NCBI RefSeq assembly: GCF_001194135.2
Contig: NC_068981.1
Coordinates: 152,997,814 to 153,061,813 of the forward strand
Direction: 5' to 3'
Length of the DNA: 64,000 bases
From: Octopus bimaculoides
Taxonomy: Eukaryota
Shown here in pieces: positions 63,349 to 64,000 of the stretch (positions are counted from its first letter, which is position 1; each line of letters starts with the position of its first letter). Under the pieces are notes generated by a model. That model saw only the letters and a program-made list of their open reading frames with translations. It had not been told where the DNA came from and searched no databases. Position numbers and translations under genes: made by a program.

Positions 63349-63417
63349 GCCCCCAGTGAAGATCGAACTCACGACTCCTGGTTGGTAAAACCAGTACCCT
63401 AAGCACTGAAACGGCCA
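63349..63417 (-). pseudogene. Decayed tRNA (body resembles tRNA-Thr(TGT))
   Basis: Minus ...TCAGTGCTTAGGGTACTGGT-TTTACCA-ACCAGGAGTCGTGAGTTCGATCTTCACTGGGGGC. The anticodon stem and T-arm are recognisable. The 5' acceptor strand/A-box is degraded and the loop differs from CTTGTAA. Confidence 0.6.
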
Positions 63418-64000
63418 CAACAACAAGATTTTAAAATACGGATTGAGGAAACAAAAACGATGAGGCAACGAAACGTTTTAATTTCGAATCGTGCGAAGTC
63501 CAACTTTGTTTTCATCTTTCAATGATCGATCAGTAACATGAGGTTGATTTAATCATATCACAGAATGTTTGGCTTTGTGTAAATGCTAGGAATCAATGTT
63601 ATTGGCAGAATCGGGAAAGCGTCGGACAAAATGTTTTGTAGTATTTAGTTACACATCCTCTTTGCGTTCTGAGTTCCAGTTTTGTGACGTCGCCTGTTTT
63701 TTGTATCTATCCAGGGTCGATATAATTGACTGTTCGTTTCCCCCAAATTTGTGCTCTCACTTCCAAATTTGTCCTTTTTAGCAACTTAAACCTTAGCAAC
63801 AACAAAACTACTAGAATGTTTTATATCATATATACTATTAGCAATTTATTACGTACATATCATTAACAATTTATCACATCCACTCTAAATATTATATCTT
63901 ATATGACTGCATAACAATTCAGCACATATCATTTACGTATTATTGTCAATTTATCAAATATTATCACACATATCATAAATAATTTATCATGTGCAGGTGT

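Overview
This is AT-rich, repeat-dense animal genomic DNA from a scaffold assembly with six N-gaps. The repeat families resemble those I recall from Octopus/coleoid cephalopods, but that assignment is inference. Only one protein-coding gene is firmly supported: the 3' end of TBC1D13 (TBC-domain Rab GAP) on the + strand. Three short coding exons (19733-19814, 21224-21281, 47886-47957) splice in frame to (D)VLRIWDSLLSDEKRFRFLITICCAMLILLRSDILKDDFPTNMKLLQNFPYTKVDVPTIIAKACELDGYR*. The last coding intron is 26.6 kb, and a 3'UTR intron is probable. None of these exons appear in the supplied ORF track, which is dominated by microsatellite, gap, low-complexity and repeat-derived ORFs. The rest is intronic or intergenic sequence containing fragments of two RTE-type LINE families, at least five SINE-like families, MITEs or deletion derivatives of piggyBac, hAT, mariner, Tc1 and pogo/Tigger type, a Penelope-like palindrome, one decayed tRNA and many microsatellites. 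I found no rRNA, intact tRNA or CRISPR array. The best lead is a CpG-retaining, promoter-like island at about 30.4-30.6 kb with minus-strand splice-site pairs (30244 donor; exon 27007-27180), suggesting an antisense transcription unit nested in the large TBC1D13 intron. I could not assign a protein to it. I do not see convincing evidence for a wholly new biological system. Repeat boundaries are by eye and approximate (about +/-20 nt) unless TIR/TSD positions are given.
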